Below, piece after piece: positions 41,255 to 51,192 of a stretch of 64,000 nucleotides of DNA (the first letter of the stretch is position 1; every line of letters starts with the position of its first letter). The position numbers and the translations under genes were made by a program. The stretch comes from Candidatus Poribacteria bacterium. GTDB lineage: Bacteria > Poribacteria > WGA-4E > WGA-3G. The notes under the pieces are model-generated. The model was not told the DNA's origin and did not search any database. It saw only the letters and a program-made list of their open reading frames with translations. Location: assembly GCA_965214095.1 (NCBI GenBank), contig OZ243938.1:2144001-2208000 (forward strand), given 5' to 3'.

Positions 41255-41950
41255 TTATCGGGAGTTCTTGATGCCTCCCCATGTCGTTGTGAGCTTAGCT
41301 TTAGGGTCTACGGGATAACTATCGTCGCCGAAGAACTCAATCTCGCCAATTTGAAAGTACGCCCCACCCGGGTTCGCTACGGTGTTAAAAGTAACATGCC
41401 GAAAAAACCGATACCCGACTTTTTGAACATCGAAATCTTCTCCTGCATCAAAACGGACGACTTGCAGTCGCTGATCCCAAAAACTATCGCCGTCGTGAGA
41501 AAAGATGGTTGTAAACTCCTCACCATCGTTAGAGCCCTGAATTTCCCACTCTATAGGATCCCTTGCAGGAGTATCGTTCGCTGAAGATACGGTGAAGTGT
41601 GTCAATGCGTATATCTCATCAAACTCAGCTGTTATATGTAGGCCTTCCTCCGGAATGCCTCCAGCAGGTCCTCAGCACCACTTAGCATTGCCGCCACCAA
41701 GTATGTTATCAAAGACGTTAAACGCAGATTCACCGCCTCCGAATCCGGGTTCATCGTTAGCAGTGAAGATGGCGTTGTAACCTTCATCTGCATCCGCCGC
41801 GCCATCGTCTTCTGGGTCTGTTAGGTCACCGCCAAGCAGTGATTCCGTACCTACTCCCAAGATTTCCTCCGCCTGGGCTATCTGGCTTGTGCCGACAACA
41901 AAAAGTGCCATCATCAACACAAAACCCGCTAATACCACAATATTTTTCAT
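41255..41950 (-). CDS. Secreted discoidin/F5-8-like protein with in-frame UGA (candidate selenoprotein, 231 aa) and KLTTTWG tail
   Basis: The 92-aa and 116-aa ORFs share a frame and are separated only by TGA at 41672-41674 (AKWC*GPAGG). GAGGAG RBS, signal peptide, SANDTPARDPIEWEIQGSNDG..QIGEIEFFG motif. Confidence 0.8.
41628..41671 (-). promoter_or_regulatory. Putative bacterial SECIS element
   Basis: After the UGA: GCUG..AGGC-A-UUCC-GGA-GGAA-G-GCCU..CAGC hairpin; the G-initial loop is 20 nt from the UGA. Confidence 0.55.
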
Positions 41951-42128
41951 TATGTGTGATCTCCTCTAAAGAAATGAATCTCACGTTTACGTGAGTTCAA
42001 ATTAATTGTATGTATTATAACTAATCTTTACTAATCTATTTTCCATCGTAACAAATTACCAAAAATTAGTCAATATTATTTTTGAAGGTGCCAAGATTGT
42101 TTAGTTATCGGTTTTTGTTCAATATTAT

Positions 42129-42413
42129 TCACAACAACTTCGCAAAAATCATGTAACGGAACATCAAAATGCAGGGCACACTCACAAATACCACAACATT
42201 CGCAAAAATCTCATATCTTCTCACATCATGGTGAGGTTTCATCTGTTTCCACCGGGTGATGAACGCCGATGCACCACCCCATATCCCAAGACATATACCA
42301 ACATCGCAAATAATAAGGTTCATACCGCTTGTAATGAACTTCAGCAGAAAACAGACAATCCCCAAACTCATTGACCAAGTGATGAGGAACGAGTCGGAAG
42401 TCAAAATAGACAT
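42129..42413 (-). CDS. Small membrane protein (3 TM)
   Basis: AGGGGAG RBS; three hydrophobic segments. Confidence 0.6.
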   Translation of the reverse strand: MSILTSDSFLITWSMSLGIVCFLLKFITSGMNLIICDVGICLGIWGGASAFITRWKQMKPHHDVRRYEIFANVVVFVSVPCILMFRYMIFAKLL

Positions 42414-42619
42414 AACTCTCCCCTTTCCTGATACTTCACTATCAGTTCATAAATATTTTTGCCATATCTATGCAATATCCTTGCCAATTCAATAAACCCT
42501 ACTGTTATAGGGTTTATAAAGATCGCACACATAACATTCTGCCGTAACATACAAGTTATGCATACCTCCACACAATTTATGCATGTTGTATGAACAAATA
42601 TTGCGTGTTTTTCTGTTTT

Positions 42620-42784
42620 GAACAACAATATTTGCGTATTTCGTGCCTTGATGCCGTTACCTGATACCGCACGAAATGTGATGTCTGATTTGATGAAGTC
42701 CGTTACGTTTGTGTCAAAAACCATGTTGATGCTGAATGTACCGCTATGAACTGTTATGTAGTTGGTAATATTTGCGTTAATCAT
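42620..42784 (-). pseudogene. Possible Ig-like domain gene fragment
   Basis: FSINMVFDTNVTDFIKSDITFRAVSGNG resembles the start of an Ig-like module, then degenerates. Confidence 0.3.
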
Positions 42785-42861
42785 GGTAAGCCATATCCTT
42801 GATAAATCTGAAAGAATATGTGAAACTTAACAATATTTTCTAACACGATGGAGAGAGCAGC

Positions 42862-43386
42862 ATGAAATATTGCCATTATATAAGTATATTGTTAATTCCA
42901 TTTATTGCCTGTTATATGATGTTCGGGTGCGGTGAACCGACTGATACTGTGCTTGATGTGATGCAACCGACCGTTGTTGTGGACGACCCACCACCTACCA
43001 CGACACCAACTAATCCGAATTCTGTTGTGATAGAGATTAATACACCACCAGAAATTATTGATCGCGATCCTGATACTGAATTACCAGTGTTTGATACTGC
43101 GCGAGAAGCCATTAGGGACGATGACATTGACCAACATATAGATGATATGGATGTCTGGATTAAAGAGAACTGTGGTAAAGTTGTTCATACTGACCCGATA
43201 CTTCCTGTTCAGATTCTGTTCACCGACCGTGAGGAGCGAGATAGATATATAGATTTCATTCAAGAAGAACTGGAATACGTGAGAATTAATCCTGACGATA
43301 TGCATGAGGTTGACGGTGATATCTACTTTTTTCTCCGTTTTGAGGTCAATCGTGAAGAAGCAACGAAGCCTGAGAACTGTGAGTAA
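42862..43386 (+). CDS. Hypothetical acidic lipoprotein
   Basis: GGAG RBS; MFGC lipobox; Pro/Thr linker. Confidence 0.75.
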   Translation: MKYCHYISILLIPFIACYMMFGCGEPTDTVLDVMQPTVVVDDPPPTTTPTNPNSVVIEINTPPEIIDRDPDTELPVFDTAREAIRDDDIDQHIDDMDVWIKENCGKVVHTDPILPVQILFTDREERDRYIDFIQEELEYVRINPDDMHEVDGDIYFFLRFEVNREEATKPENCE

Positions 43387-43521
43387 TTTGGTCTGTTTGT
43401 AGTCGCGCAATTTATTCCGTCTCTTCCATTCTCCGCGTCATCTGTGGCATCCGAAAAAATCAGGAGTCAGAATGAAATCGTGGTTGAAAACATTCCAACA
43501 CTGCTTTCATGTAAACACTTC

Positions 43522-44223
43522 CTACTGAGTTAATTCTTCGATTCTCCGTATTGCATCTTGAGCGTCCATATCTCGGTCTTCCACCATTTCCTCCACTACT
43601 ATCTCAGCTGCCTTTTCCCGTTTTATTATTGCGTCGAGTTCAGCGGATGCTTCCTTAGAATATTCTGAGAGTATTTCAAGGGCATCCTTTTTCCGCTCTC
43701 TTAGATCTTTCTGCTTCTCATTCATCTCACGGACAGCGTCAAAGTCTACAGGTCTTGCTGCCAGAATGGGTATAGACTCTTCAATTAATTCAGGAATTGC
43801 TAACTGTATCTCATCATACTCTTTTAGGGCTGCGGCAGCTTTGGGAGGTAGATTTTCTACGATGATGTCGCTGAATACTGGGTGGACAGTCACATTAGCT
43901 GTATTATCGGTTTCTTCAGGTGTGAGCGTGTCTATAGGTTGCGGTGTTTCACTGGGTTCCATTTCTCCATCTGTGTTGTCACTCCTCTTTTCAGATGTGT
44001 CTTTAGGTAGGTTGTCCAGTTCTACTGGTGTGCTTTTATCTGCCTTTTTCTGTTTTATAGACGCGGTTTTCGGTGATGTGTCCGGTTCTACTGATGTGTC
44101 ATTATATACATTTACCGGCTCAGCATTCATTACTTTGAGATAGTGATGTCGCCAAAATCCGATACCAGTAGCAACGATAGCAACGGCAATGAGAATTATA
44201 GTGAAACGAAATGTCTTTTTCAT
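43522..44223 (-). CDS. Hypothetical N-terminally anchored helical protein
   Basis: GGAAGG RBS; TM anchor, disordered linker, coiled-coil C-terminus. Confidence 0.8.
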   Translation of the reverse strand: MKKTFRFTIILIAVAIVATGIGFWRHHYLKVMNAEPVNVYNDTSVEPDTSPKTASIKQKKADKSTPVELDNLPKDTSEKRSDNTDGEMEPSETPQPIDTLTPEETDNTANVTVHPVFSDIIVENLPPKAAAALKEYDEIQLAIPELIEESIPILAARPVDFDAVREMNEKQKDLRERKKDALEILSEYSKEASAELDAIIKREKAAEIVVEEMVEDRDMDAQDAIRRIEELTQ

Positions 44224-44370
44224 TTTTACCTTCCTTTTGTATCATTAACTGTTAGTATGTGCGATTAAAATTGCTTATACCGAACTCTAATATTATATGC
44301 TAACTTGACTATTGATTTCAATATATGTTCGTGGTCCCCTTTGTTGTAAGGTTTCAAACTCCGATGCATA

Positions 44371-44541
44371 GTAGTAGGCACACGCCGTGTGCCGTTCTGT
44401 CTGAACCAGGATGGACAGAATTAGTAGATTTCCAGGATTAGAGACTGAAATATCAAAGTGCCATTCAAAAGATAAAGGTCAAACAGTAGATAGGGACATT
44501 GGAGTTCCAAACTCCTAATCCTGAAAATCCTGGTTCTGACA
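44371..44541. repeat. Family B REP plus full-length family C MITE (~145 bp)
   Basis: TGTCTGAACCAGGAT ... ATCCTGGTTCTGACA terminal inverted repeats with 9-nt GATTTTCAG-type subrepeats. Confidence 0.85.
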
Positions 44542-44624
44542 ATAATACCTTTTGACAAACCAATCTCAAAATTATATAATAATCAGAAAACATACGCGGA
44601 GGATTACAATAGGCATAACACACA

Positions 44625-45398
44625 ATGAACACACCTATTCAAATAACAAACCTAAAAGATTACATTGACAAATTAAATGAAAGAGCAGAACCCGGAGTAA
44701 GTTATCTATATCGTGGACAAGAAAATGCAGATTGGTTAATCACCAGTAGTGGCTATCGACGTGTTTTACAAGAACAATCCGTTGCTGACACAAGAGTTTT
44801 AGCAGTATCGTTCGTCCGGTATCTGATACAGATAATTGATGAGGTGCGACTCAAATATCCGACTACCTATATGGATATGTCTCCAATGGAGTGCATGGCA
44901 CATCTGCAGCATAACAGAGTAGCTACAGGACTGATAGATTTCACATACAACCCACTTGTCGCACTCTGGTTTGCATGTGATAGGCACGAGGATAAGGATG
45001 GAAAGGTTTTTGTATTAGAAAACGATAGTGATAAAATTGAAGAAATAAAACGAATAATTGACCTTCAACAGAACCTTGATGTGTTGTTTGATATGAATCA
45101 ACCGAAGTGGTATCTCTGGACACCGACTTTGGACAGTAATGTCGTAGATACGCAACGGATGACGATACAGCAGTCTGTATTTCTATTCGGTTTGCCTGTG
45201 GTAACTGCCGAAATGAAAATGCAAGAAATAGTCATCTCTTATCAACATAAAGAACTAATAAGAAGTGAATTGGACAATATGGCAATTTCAGAAATAACAT
45301 TGTTCTCAGATCTACTCGGTTTCTTTGAAAGAAACACACATGCACACCCATACGATCTTCCACCTAACACATCAGATGAAGGAGAAAATCAGCAATGA
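44625..45398 (+). CDS. FRG domain protein
   Basis: YLYRGQ..W.I.SS.YR, LQH..VAT.LIDFT.NPLVALWFAC, RM..QQSVF. Confidence 0.88.
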   Translation: MNTPIQITNLKDYIDKLNERAEPGVSYLYRGQENADWLITSSGYRRVLQEQSVADTRVLAVSFVRYLIQIIDEVRLKYPTTYMDMSPMECMAHLQHNRVATGLIDFTYNPLVALWFACDRHEDKDGKVFVLENDSDKIEEIKRIIDLQQNLDVLFDMNQPKWYLWTPTLDSNVVDTQRMTIQQSVFLFGLPVVTAEMKMQEIVISYQHKELIRSELDNMAISEITLFSDLLGFFERNTHAHPYDLPPNTSDEGENQQ

Positions 45399-46603
45399 CA
45401 GACATACAATCCCGCACAGATAATAAATTCAGAAAATATTTCGACTACGCAACTGATATGTTAGTAAGAAAACAATACGATGAAGCTATTGCAAATTACA
45501 ACAAGGCAATTAGGCTTATTCCAGACGATGAAAAATTATTTAGAGAAAAATCATATAGTTTTCTTGGTCTCGCTTTCTATGAGAAGGGCGAACCTGATCG
45601 TGCTATTGAATTCTACAACAAATCATTAGAACTCATACCTGACAATGCGGATGTATTGTACTATTTTGGTAATGCATACTTGGCAAAGGGTGAGGTTGAC
45701 ATTGCCCTTGACTACCTCAACAAATCATTAGAACTTGATCCTTATAGTTCTAATACATACAGCAGTCGTGGGAATGCCTATCTACAAAAAGGTCAGGAAA
45801 ATCTCGCTATCACTGACTATACCAAAGCATTAGAACTCAGATACGACAATACCAAAGCCCTACAGAACCGGGCTGCTCTATACATCACGAGAAACGAGGC
45901 AGACCTTGCTCTGGCCGATCTCAACAAATTAGTTGAAGTCAGACCGAATCTTGCTGATGGATATTACCATCGGGGCATGGCACTGAAGTTGAAAGGGAAA
46001 CTTGACCATGCGATTGATGACTACACAAAAGCGATTAAACTCAAACCTGACTTTGTTGATGCCTATCTTGAACGTGGTATTGTCTATAATAAAAAAGGTG
46101 AGTTTGACCCAGCGATTATAGATTTTGAGAACGCAATTGAACTCGATCCGAGTAACTTCAAAGGGTATAACAACAGAGGGATTGCCTACAGAATAAAACG
46201 GGAATACGACCTTGCTCTCAATGATTTTAACAGAGGAATTGAACTTGACGCTGATAACTTTAAACTTTATGTTAACCGCGGCACCGTTTACACTAACACA
46301 TCTGACTTTGATCTTGCAATCAATGATTTCAACAAGGCATTAGAACTCAATCCTAATGATCCTGTCGCTTATTACAATCGTGGAGTTGCCAACGCGTGCA
46401 AAGGTGAACTTGATACTGCCTATCAAGATTATACGAAAGCCATTGAGCTTTATCCAGATTTTGTGGAAGCGTATGCTGCGCGCGGGAAACTCCTCAAGAA
46501 AAAAGGTGAATTGAAAAATGCAATTGAAGATTTCAACAGAGTCTTAGAAATAAACAAGATTACTACAGAGGCTATATTGACCCCTTCCCAGTATTCAGCA
46601 TAA
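45395..46603 (+). CDS. Tetratricopeptide-repeat protein
   Basis: About 10 tandem AY.NRG.AY...G..D.AI.DY.KAIEL.P repeats; ATGA overlap with the FRG gene. Confidence 0.92.
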   Translation: MTDIQSRTDNKFRKYFDYATDMLVRKQYDEAIANYNKAIRLIPDDEKLFREKSYSFLGLAFYEKGEPDRAIEFYNKSLELIPDNADVLYYFGNAYLAKGEVDIALDYLNKSLELDPYSSNTYSSRGNAYLQKGQENLAITDYTKALELRYDNTKALQNRAALYITRNEADLALADLNKLVEVRPNLADGYYHRGMALKLKGKLDHAIDDYTKAIKLKPDFVDAYLERGIVYNKKGEFDPAIIDFENAIELDPSNFKGYNNRGIAYRIKREYDLALNDFNRGIELDADNFKLYVNRGTVYTNTSDFDLAINDFNKALELNPNDPVAYYNRGVANACKGELDTAYQDYTKAIELYPDFVEAYAARGKLLKKKGELKNAIEDFNRVLEINKITTEAILTPSQYSA

Positions 46604-46707
46604 TACAATAACTTCAACCACGATTTCTTTATTGTCTGAACCAGGCTATTCACAACAACCTATGATAAAATACCAACAAACAAAACCAAAATCAAGGAAT
46701 CCCAACC

Positions 46708-47775
46708 ATGAAATATCCGATAAAAACACAAAAACGGATCCTCTTTATGTCCGTTGCGATAGTATTCTTGTTGGTCTCACTCCAAAATGTCAGTTTCGCT
46801 TTCGGAAAAAGCAAAATATATTGGACACAATGGAATACAATCAGTAGGGCAAATCTGGACGGATCCAACGTTGAAGATGTCATCACAGACCGTTATTTAC
46901 CAGAAGACATTGCGATAGACACACAGAACGGCAAGATATTCTGGATTGAAACGAATGTAGCCGAAGTCGACAACGTCAAACTTGGCACCGGCACAATACA
47001 CAGTGCAGACCCTAATGGTAAGAATATAAAAGAAATAAGCACAGGATATAAAGTTCCACTTGAGGGAGGAAATAGCGGACTGGATTGTTTTCATGGGGTA
47101 TGCAAAGGATACATCCAACCGGAAGGGCAACCAGAAGTTGAATTAGATCCTGAACAACTTTTTAATCCATTCTCCATCGCAATAGATACTGAGAAAAACA
47201 AAATATATTGGGTTGATGAATTTCATGACAACTTTCAACGTGCGAACATTGATGGATCCAAAGTTGAAAATATACGCGACATACGAGGCATAAGAAGAAA
47301 GGATATAGAATTAGATTTGAAGAGAAATAAACTATATTGGCTTTCAGGTAGTTCAATTAGAAGAATGGATGTTAATGGAGACCAGATTGAAGATATTATT
47401 GTAAGATGGAATCCATTTATATTAAACTTTGGTCTGGACGTGACAGCACAACATATCTATTGGACAAGTTCAAGTAGAGGCATAATCCACCGCTCGAATT
47501 TCAATGGAGGTGACATTCAGGAAATTGTCACAGATTTGAAAGAACCCTATCATATCATTGTTGACGCAGAATCACAAAAACTCTACTGGGCAAGTTGGGA
47601 TCGCCAGACAAGCCTCTACAAAATCCAACAAGCGAATCTCGACGGCACAGATGTCACAGATATCGTTACCGATTTACAGAGAATAAATGGACTCGCTTTA
47701 GATACAGCAGGCATATACAATGTTTCATCCAAGGATAAGCTAACAACGACTTGGGGAAACATAAAAGTTGAGTGA
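46708..47775 (+). CDS. Secreted LDL-receptor YWTD-type beta-propeller with KLTTTWG tail
   Basis: KIYWT..ISRANLDGSNVED repeats; C-terminal KLTTTWGNIKVE. Confidence 0.88.
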   Translation: MKYPIKTQKRILFMSVAIVFLLVSLQNVSFAFGKSKIYWTQWNTISRANLDGSNVEDVITDRYLPEDIAIDTQNGKIFWIETNVAEVDNVKLGTGTIHSADPNGKNIKEISTGYKVPLEGGNSGLDCFHGVCKGYIQPEGQPEVELDPEQLFNPFSIAIDTEKNKIYWVDEFHDNFQRANIDGSKVENIRDIRGIRRKDIELDLKRNKLYWLSGSSIRRMDVNGDQIEDIIVRWNPFILNFGLDVTAQHIYWTSSSRGIIHRSNFNGGDIQEIVTDLKEPYHIIVDAESQKLYWASWDRQTSLYKIQQANLDGTDVTDIVTDLQRINGLALDTAGIYNVSSKDKLTTTWGNIKVE

Positions 47776-47990
47776 CATCTGCCTCTCTTACATTATAGGA
47801 GCACTTTCCAACCGCAATGCAAAGTAATAGGCAGACTCCGTGTGCCGTTCTGTTATTAGTTGGAGCGATTTCCAACCCCGAATATACCCGCTTGTAGTCG
47901 CGCAATTCATTGCGCCTCGGACATTCTCCGCGTCATCCCAGAAATCCGTGAAAATCCGAGATTCACAACCAAAACCCACGATTCAAATCA

Positions 47991-48080
47991 TGCACCGATA
48001 TGTGCAACAACAATCCACGATGCACATAATTGTGCAGCACGACAGCAATTCAGCAGACTGCAATTGGCACATAAATTGCT
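47991..48080 (+). promoter_or_regulatory. Sigma54 promoter with two upstream palindromic activator sites
   Basis: TGGCAC-ATAAA-TTGC at 48065-48079; TGCAC-N6-GTGCA at 47991-48006 and 48021-48036. Confidence 0.75.
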
Positions 48081-48113
48081 CTTTAATCAGTAGAATAACT
48101 GAAGGAGAAATCC

Positions 48114-49115
48114 ATGCGAATACTACAAACGACGTTATGTATCAGTCTCATCCTGCTATGTGCAGCAACAACCACCGCAAAAATCGTATTCAGTGCTGAC
48201 TCTAAAATCTATGTGATGAATGACAACGGTAGAAACATCACACAAATCAACGACAATCCATACTCAGAATTGCGACCAGTATGGGCACCCAACGGTAGAC
48301 GCATCGTTTTTATGCGGGACACAACACCGAATGACTACGGCACTCATCCCGACATTTTCATCATGAATGCCAATGGAACCAATGCCCATCAACTCTCGGA
48401 CGGTGTAGGACCAACACGTGAGCTAAGAGTTTCACCTAACGGTAAAATAATCCTCTACCACACCAGTCTGACAGGACTCTATACAATAGATATTGACACT
48501 CGCGAAGTAAATATGATAATCAGAAACCATGTCTATTACTGCGATTGGTCCCCGGATGGAACGCAGATTGTCTTTATCAATGACGACCACGATATTATTG
48601 AGAAGAACATCTGGTTTGTGGATGCAAATGGAGAGAACATGCGTCAATGGACACACCCCGACCCTGATAAAGGTGAGATACATCGTTTCTTTCCGCGATG
48701 GTCGCCGGATGGGAAACAAATATTGTATTCTGAAATGGACATTGATGTAGAAAGAATTGATAGGGACGATGGCGGTTTTGGTCTTCGCATTCAGGCTGAC
48801 GAAACGTTTCGGATTATCATTCAGAACATAGATGATGACAGCACGCGGACACTCAAAATACCTGAAAATTGGTATCCATCATCTCTTGCTTGGATGGATG
48901 GACAGCAGGCTGTGCTTTTCAGTGCCTATGAATATGAGAGAGATCGCCATGGTCCTATTGAAATAAAGATATACAAATATGATCTCGCCACAGATGAGAT
49001 AACATTCTTGACAGAAGGTTCGAATCCGCATTGGAATGGCGGCGCATTACCTATCTCACCTGATGGCAAGCAATCAGTGCGTTGGGCGGAATTGAAGAGA
49101 GCATATACGGAATAA
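48114..49115 (+). CDS. Secreted TolB/PD40-like beta-propeller
   Basis: AAGGAG RBS; KIVF..IYVMN.NG, P.WSPDG.QI.F repeats; tail ISPDGKQSVRWAELK. Confidence 0.87.
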   Translation: MRILQTTLCISLILLCAATTTAKIVFSADSKIYVMNDNGRNITQINDNPYSELRPVWAPNGRRIVFMRDTTPNDYGTHPDIFIMNANGTNAHQLSDGVGPTRELRVSPNGKIILYHTSLTGLYTIDIDTREVNMIIRNHVYYCDWSPDGTQIVFINDDHDIIEKNIWFVDANGENMRQWTHPDPDKGEIHRFFPRWSPDGKQILYSEMDIDVERIDRDDGGFGLRIQADETFRIIIQNIDDDSTRTLKIPENWYPSSLAWMDGQQAVLFSAYEYERDRHGPIEIKIYKYDLATDEITFLTEGSNPHWNGGALPISPDGKQSVRWAELKRAYTE

Positions 49116-49260
49116 TTGTCTGAACCAAGATTTGCAGGATTAGTAGATGGACAAGATTATGAGTTTGACTCTACAAACTGCCTTTCAAAAGTTGATGCTT
49201 CTTACTTGCAAAGAACATACGATATATCAAAATCACAATCCTGAAAATCCTGGTTCAGAC
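49116..49260. repeat. Family C MITE between convergent genes
   Basis: TTGTCTGAACCAAGATT ... AATCCTGGTTCAGAC. Confidence 0.8.
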
Positions 49261-49278
49261 ATCTCCAACAAGCCAACG

Positions 49279-50268
49279 TTACAGCAATCCCGCTGCGCGG
49301 AGCACCGTCTCCTGAACCATAAACTCGTGTTCAAGCGAACGATCCGGCGATTTCTCACCCCGAATATCCGCAACAAAAGCACGAAGGCTCTCAACATAAC
49401 GCGGACGCGCCTCCACAGACACCGTCTGCCATCCTTTCGCATATCCATCACGTTCCTCGTCAAGACACAGGCGTAACGCAGGCGGTTCAAGCGGTTCAAG
49501 AATAGCACTGCCGCGCGTGCCGTAGACTTCCAATCGTCTTGACTTCCCCGAATCAATCTCCAACGCAGTCGATTCCAGAATCGCCAACGCTCTCGGATAT
49601 TCAAACACAGCCGCCGTATTGTTCCGATACCACGGTACATCGTGTCCATCGTGCCTTGTGAACGGAGTCACCCGTGTCGGTCGTCCCAGCAAAGCAACGA
49701 TAATATCTGTCAGATGACACGCAAGGATAAACATAATCCCACCAGAATGTTCCCCCAGAGAATCCCAACGTTGCCAATGTGCAGCATTGGACCGCCCCGT
49801 TGAAATCCTCCCACGCACCGAGAAAATCTCACCGAGTTTACCAGTATGCACCCACTCAAGAATGAACTGGAAACCCGCATTATATCTGAACATATAACCG
49901 AGTTGCACCAGTAGTTTTTTATCTCTCGCTAACACCAACACATCTCGAAAAGCATCGAGATTATCGCCTGCAGGTTTATCAAACCAGACATGCTTGTCAT
50001 GTTCGAGTATCTCCTTTGCGAAACCGAGGTTCTGCGAGACGCGACCTTGTGCTGCAACACCAACAATCGTATCATCTTCCAGAATCTCTTCTTTACTTGA
50101 AAACCAATGCACCCCATCATAGACACCGTTTTGACCGATAGTCTCACGGACTTCAGCTGAGGGTTCAAAGACACCAGCGAACTCAACATCATCACTTTCC
50201 TTCATCACACGCGCCTTACCAGATGCGTGGTCATGCGAAATACCGTATTGTGCAAGTTTTATTTTCAT
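49279..50268 (-). CDS. Gfo/Idh/MocA family oxidoreductase
   Basis: N-terminal Rossmann fold, KHVWFDKP, QLGYMFRYN, GKLGEI, GG....ACHLTD, LEVYGTRG. Confidence 0.9.
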   Translation of the reverse strand: MKIKLAQYGISHDHASGKARVMKESDDVEFAGVFEPSAEVRETIGQNGVYDGVHWFSSKEEILEDDTIVGVAAQGRVSQNLGFAKEILEHDKHVWFDKPAGDNLDAFRDVLVLARDKKLLVQLGYMFRYNAGFQFILEWVHTGKLGEIFSVRGRISTGRSNAAHWQRWDSLGEHSGGIMFILACHLTDIIVALLGRPTRVTPFTRHDGHDVPWYRNNTAAVFEYPRALAILESTALEIDSGKSRRLEVYGTRGSAILEPLEPPALRLCLDEERDGYAKGWQTVSVEARPRYVESLRAFVADIRGEKSPDRSLEHEFMVQETVLRAAGLL

Positions 50269-50368
50269 TGAATCTCCTCCTTAAAGGTCAACCCCAATTC
50301 TATCATAGATACTAACTTTTGGAAACATGAAGTGCGCCTACGAACGCGGACAATGTTCTAAAATTGAT

Positions 50369-50842
50369 CTAATCTATTGCCTCTGATAACTTACGCATTG
50401 CCGCTTGATATAACGCTCTGCCTTGGTTTTCAAAAGGTCCCGGATTGGACAAATTTTCTGGGTATTCCGAGAATAACTTCGCTTCACTGACTTCGTTAAG
50501 GTCTGTTGGACTCCCTAAAGTTTTGATCTCTCCCAAGTATGCGATCCCCCAGTATTCGAGATTATACATGAAGCAGTGAATATAACAAAGCACTTCCGGA
50601 TTTTTCATCGTTGCCCCGGTTTCCTCAAGGAGTTCACGGTATGCGGTTTCTTCAATCGTCTCCTCGGATTCAACGCGTCCACCGGGCAATACCCAAATAT
50701 CCTCATCACGCCATTTACAAAAAAGTATCCGATTTTCTTGATAAGCGGTACAATTAACAAACTTGATTTGTCCTAAGTCTGCCGGCGGTACTCCAAAATG
50801 GAGGAACATATACCCATCCTTTTCCTCAATCCTTGCAACCAT
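50369..50842 (-). CDS. NUDIX hydrolase
   Basis: LPGGRVESEETIEETAYRELLEETG Nudix box. Confidence 0.92.
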   Translation of the reverse strand: MVARIEEKDGYMFLHFGVPPADLGQIKFVNCTAYQENRILFCKWRDEDIWVLPGGRVESEETIEETAYRELLEETGATMKNPEVLCYIHCFMYNLEYWGIAYLGEIKTLGSPTDLNEVSEAKLFSEYPENLSNPGPFENQGRALYQAAMRKLSEAID

Positions 50843-51192
50843 TTTTATGCTCCGTGTAATTCAAATTCAATTGATATTATACTTACCAATTCTATCATAG
50901 ATGTTGACTTTTGAAAATATAGTATTCTGCATCGCTCACAGTCGCGCTTTCCAACCGCGCTCTCTTACCGTTCGTAGTCGCGCAATTCATTCCGCCTCGG
51001 ACATTCTCCGCGTCATCCGAGACATCCGTCAAAATCCGAGATTCAGAAACGAATTCCACGATATATTAACCTATTCCAATTCCAATTGAATACACTTGAA
51101 ATCCATCAGCATATATGCTAAATTAAAATCAGAAAAACGTACTATTCCCACACACTCTCAAAAAGACAAACCAAATTATAGCGGAGTCATCA

